Of a DNA stretch of 51,106 bases, positions 48,092 through 51,106 are shown one piece after another. Source of the DNA: an uncultured Alphaproteobacteria bacterium (GTDB taxonomy: Bacteria > Pseudomonadota > Alphaproteobacteria > JAAXGF01); contig CAYYWV010000003.1 of NCBI GenBank assembly GCA_964475385.1, positions 1 through 51,106 on the forward strand, written 5' to 3'. Position 1 is the stretch's first letter. Each line of letters opens with the position of its first letter. The notes under the pieces were generated by a model. That model did not search any database and was not told the DNA's origin. It saw only the letters and a list, made by a program, of their open reading frames with translations. The position numbers were made by a program, and so were the translations under genes.

Positions 48092-49906
48092 GTGAAGGCG
48101 ACGACCGACAACACCGGGGCGAGCTCGCGCGAGCACCGCCTCATGCGGCTTGCCGAGATCGGAATCGCGCTGTCGGCGGAGAAGAACCTCGACCGGCTGC
48201 TCGAGACGATTCTCGTCGAGGCCAAGGACATCGCCGGGGCCGAGGCCGGCGCGATCTTCCTGCGCGCTGAGGACGGCGCGCCGCCCGCTCCGCCCGGCGC
48301 GGCGCGTGTCGATCCGCGCACCGGCAGCGACCGTCGCGCCCGCCGCAACGGCAAGGGAAGGGTTGCGAACGAGCGCCGCAGCGGCGGCGACCGGCGGCGC
48401 CGCGGCGACCGGCTCGAGTTCGCGATTCTGCGCAACGACGCCCTCGGGCTCGTCCAAGGCGGGAGCACGGGCGAGCCGCCCACCTTCGCGCCGCTTTACC
48501 TCTACGATCCGGCCACGGGGCTGCCCAATCGGGCGAATGTGGCGACGCTCGCCGCGCTCACGGGCGAGACGATCAACATCGCCGACGCCTACGCCGAGAC
48601 CGGCTTCGACTTCTCGGGCACGCGCGCCTTCGATGCGCGGACCGGCTATCGCTCGGTCTCTTTCCTGACCGTTCCGATGACCAACAAGGCGGGCGATGTG
48701 ATCGGGGTGCTCCAACTCGTCAACGCCCGCGACGCGGAGACCGGGGCCATCGTTCCGTTCGACGCCGGCGACCAAAAGATCGTCGAGGCCCTCGCCTCCC
48801 AGGCCGCGGTCGCGCTCGACAACCAGATGCTGTTCGACGGCCAGCGCAAGCTGTTGGACGCCTTCGTCCAGCTTATCGCGACCGCGATCGATGAGAAGTC
48901 GCCCGCGACCGGCGGCCACTGCGCGCGCGTGCCGGTGCTGACCGAGATGCTCGCCGAGGCCGCCTGCGCGGCGCGCGACGGACCGTTCCGCGACTTCTCC
49001 CTCGACGAGGACGAGCGCTATGAGCTCCATATCGCGGCCTGGTTGCACGACTGCGGGAAGATCACGACGCCCGAGCACCTGGTCGACAAGGCGACCAAGC
49101 TCGAAGCGATCGTCGATCGGATCGAGCTGATCCGCTTGCGCTTCGAGATCCTGCGCCGCGACGTCGCGCTCGCCTATCGGGACCGGCTCGCCGCACGGCC
49201 CCATGACCGCGCCGCGCTCGAGGCCGAACGCGACCGAAAGCTCGCCGCGCTGGCCGACGACCTCGCCTTTCTCGAACGCATCAATCCCGGCGCCGAGACC
49301 ATGAGCGCCGCCGACCAAGCCCGGGTGCGCGCGATCGCCGAGACGCGCTGGCGCGACGCCCAAGGCCGCGAGCGGCCGCTGATCACCGAAGACGAGACCC
49401 ACAACCTGTGCGTCGAACGCGGCACGCTCACGCCCGAGGAGCGGCGGATCGTCCTCGACCACATCGTCGCCACCATCCGCATGCTCGACCAGCTGCCCTT
49501 TCCCAAGGGGCTTCGTCGGGTGCCCGAGTACGCCGGCGGCCATCACGAACGCGCCGACGGGAGCGGCTATCCGCGCGGGCTTACCCGCGCGCAGATGTCG
49601 GTGCCTGCGCGCATGATGGCGATCGCCGACATCTTCGAGGCGCTGACCGCCGAGGACCGGCCCTACAAACGGGCCAAGACGCTCAGCGAATCGATGGCGA
49701 TCATGGCGCGGATGCGGGATAATGGCCATATCGATCCCGACCTGTTCGCGCTTTTCGTCGAGGCCGGCGTCTACCGGCGTTACGCCGAACGTTTTCTGCG
49801 CCCCGAGCAGATCGACGCCGTCGATCACGACGCGATTCTGAACCGAGGCGCGGCGGCCGGAAAAACGGCTGAGGACAACGCGAGGAGGACCGAAGAAAAC
49901 CCATGA
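48092..49906 (+). CDS. GAF + HD-GYP cyclic-dinucleotide phosphodiesterase
   Basis: GAF domain (GYRSVSFLTVPM, IGVLQLVN), HDCGK, HHERADGSGYP and ADIFEALT..RPYK; start uncertain. Confidence 0.92.
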   Translation: MKATTDNTGASSREHRLMRLAEIGIALSAEKNLDRLLETILVEAKDIAGAEAGAIFLRAEDGAPPAPPGAARVDPRTGSDRRARRNGKGRVANERRSGGDRRRRGDRLEFAILRNDALGLVQGGSTGEPPTFAPLYLYDPATGLPNRANVATLAALTGETINIADAYAETGFDFSGTRAFDARTGYRSVSFLTVPMTNKAGDVIGVLQLVNARDAETGAIVPFDAGDQKIVEALASQAAVALDNQMLFDGQRKLLDAFVQLIATAIDEKSPATGGHCARVPVLTEMLAEAACAARDGPFRDFSLDEDERYELHIAAWLHDCGKITTPEHLVDKATKLEAIVDRIELIRLRFEILRRDVALAYRDRLAARPHDRAALEAERDRKLAALADDLAFLERINPGAETMSAADQARVRAIAETRWRDAQGRERPLITEDETHNLCVERGTLTPEERRIVLDHIVATIRMLDQLPFPKGLRRVPEYAGGHHERADGSGYPRGLTRAQMSVPARMMAIADIFEALTAEDRPYKRAKTLSESMAIMARMRDNGHIDPDLFALFVEAGVYRRYAERFLRPEQIDAVDHDAILNRGAAAGKTAEDNARRTEENP

Positions 49907-50640
49907 GCGAGACCCGAACCGTCATTCTCACCGGCGCCAGCCGCGGCATCGGCCATGCCACGGCCCGGCGGTTCAGCGAGGCCGGTTGGCGCGTGATCAC
50001 CTGCTCGCGCGAGCCCGTGCCCAGGGAATGCTTGGCCGGGTCCGAGCGGCATCATCATATCGTCGCCGATCTTTCCGACGCCGAAAGCCTCGACAACTTC
50101 GTGCGCGAGGCCAACGCGTATCTCGGCGACGACCCGTTGCACGGGCTGGTCAACAACGCCGGCGTCTCGCCCAAGAGCGAGTACAAGGAGCGGCTCGGCT
50201 GCCTCAACGGCGACCTCGATCATTGGCGGACGGTGTTCGAGCTCAACTTCTTCGCGCCCCTGATCCTCGCCCGCGGCTTCGCCGCCGCGCTGCACAGGGG
50301 GCGCGGCGCAGTGGTCAACGTGACCTCGATTGCGGGCCACGCCGTGCACCCCTTCGCCGGCAGCGCGTACTCGACCTCGAAGGCGGCGCTCTCGGCGCTC
50401 ACCCGCGAGCTCGCGGTCGAGTTCGCCCATCTCGGCGTGCGCGTCAACGCGGTCGCGCCGGGCGAGATCGAGACCGCCATGCTGTCGCCCGAGACCGAGG
50501 TGCTGATTCCGCGCATCCCGCTCCATCGCCTCGGCCTGCCGGCCGACGTGGCCGGCGCGATCTATTACCTGTGCTCGGAGGATTCGGCCTATGTGACCGC
50601 GACCGAGATCATGGTCACCGGCGGCCAGCACGTGTTCTGA
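49903..50640 (+). CDS. Classical SDR oxidoreductase
   Basis: TGASRGIG, NNAG, YSTSK and VNAVAPG; ATGA overlap with the HD-GYP gene. Confidence 0.92.
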   Translation: MSETRTVILTGASRGIGHATARRFSEAGWRVITCSREPVPRECLAGSERHHHIVADLSDAESLDNFVREANAYLGDDPLHGLVNNAGVSPKSEYKERLGCLNGDLDHWRTVFELNFFAPLILARGFAAALHRGRGAVVNVTSIAGHAVHPFAGSAYSTSKAALSALTRELAVEFAHLGVRVNAVAPGEIETAMLSPETEVLIPRIPLHRLGLPADVAGAIYYLCSEDSAYVTATEIMVTGGQHVF

Positions 50641-50741
50641 GCGCGCGAAGCGGCCGGCTTTCGCCCTTCGACGGCGCGCCTCGGGCCGCGCCCCTCGACA
50701 AGCCCGAGGTGAAGCCCGCATCTTCGAGGCCCTTATGCCAG

Positions 50742-50799
50742 TTCGCGCTTGAACGACTCCGTGCGACCGAGGCCCGGGTCTCCTCATGGGCGAACGGGC
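50742..50799. repeat. Dispersed ~57-bp repeat, copy 2 (partial copy 3 at 51044-51073)
   Basis: ttcgcgcttgaacgactccgtgcgaccgaggcccgggtctcctcatgggcgaacgggc aligns to 14303-14359. Confidence 0.85.
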
Positions 50800-50867
50800 G
50801 AGAGACCGCACCGGGCGCGGCCGCTTGGCGGCGGGCGCAAGGGGGAGGCCAACGCGGCCGCCGCTTA

Positions 50868-51038
50868 TCACCCCCACCCAACCCTCCCCCGTCGAGGGGG
50901 AGGGCTTGATCGTTGGGGCGCGCCGCCATCGAGGGGGCTTGATCGTCGAAGCCGCTCCCCCATCAGGGGGGCGCTTGATCGTCGAGGCCGCGCCGCCATT
51001 TCCCCCTCCCTCGATGGGAGGGGGCAGGGGGAGGGTGA
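50868..51038. mobile_element. MITE/REP-like element with ~38-bp imperfect terminal inverted repeats and three internal tandem repeats
   Basis: Left end tcacccccacccaaccctcccccgtcgagggggaggg resembles the reverse complement of the right end, tcaccctccccctgcccctcccatcgagggaggggga; GCTTGATCGT recurs at 50904, 50937 and 50973. Confidence 0.7.
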
Positions 51039-51106
51039 GACCCTTTCGTCTTTGAACGACCTATGGGACCGAGAGCCTCATCCTTCGACGCGCTCACCCT
51101 GAGCGC

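Noticed and set aside
50904-51000. Possible mini CRISPR array
   Set aside because: The period is only 33-36 bp, the would-be spacers resemble each other, and there are no cas genes.
50786-51055. 89-aa ORF with LIVEAAPP repeats
   Set aside because: It is the translation of the repeat element; there is no SD or other sign of coding.

Overview
This is a GC-rich, gene-dense chromosomal segment of an alphaproteobacterium, probably Rhodospirillales-like. That call is inferred from the hdac-xseB-ispA-tlyA and aroC-fabI-17kDa lipoprotein-pdxH synteny, a CtrA box and a ROSE thermometer. There are about 47 CDS, mostly housekeeping or metabolic. They include wecB, ibpA, a polyamine-type ABC transporter with an oxidase and an aminotransferase, degP facing a PepSY/two-component operon, Sel1 and SPOR envelope proteins, two CDP-alcohol phosphotransferases with a flippase-like gene, an RND pump and a GAF/HD-GYP phosphodiesterase. 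A mosaic of REP/MITE-like repeats lies at the right end. I saw no rRNA, tRNA, CRISPR array, transposase or prophage, and I cannot claim a clearly new system. Best leads: (1) a convergent pair of paralogous CDP-alcohol phosphotransferases, one lacking the fourth motif Asp, beside a flippase-like gene; (2) a tandem (D/E)xRxGxDRR insertion in the GAF domain of the HD-GYP protein; (3) a ~240-nt structured leader ahead of the polyamine transporter; (4) dxs missing from its usual position between ispA and tlyA; (5) mirror-image response-regulator boxes between degP and pepSY; (6) a two-way CtrA box between divergent SPOR lipoprotein genes. All calls come from reading motifs by eye; no database searches were run.
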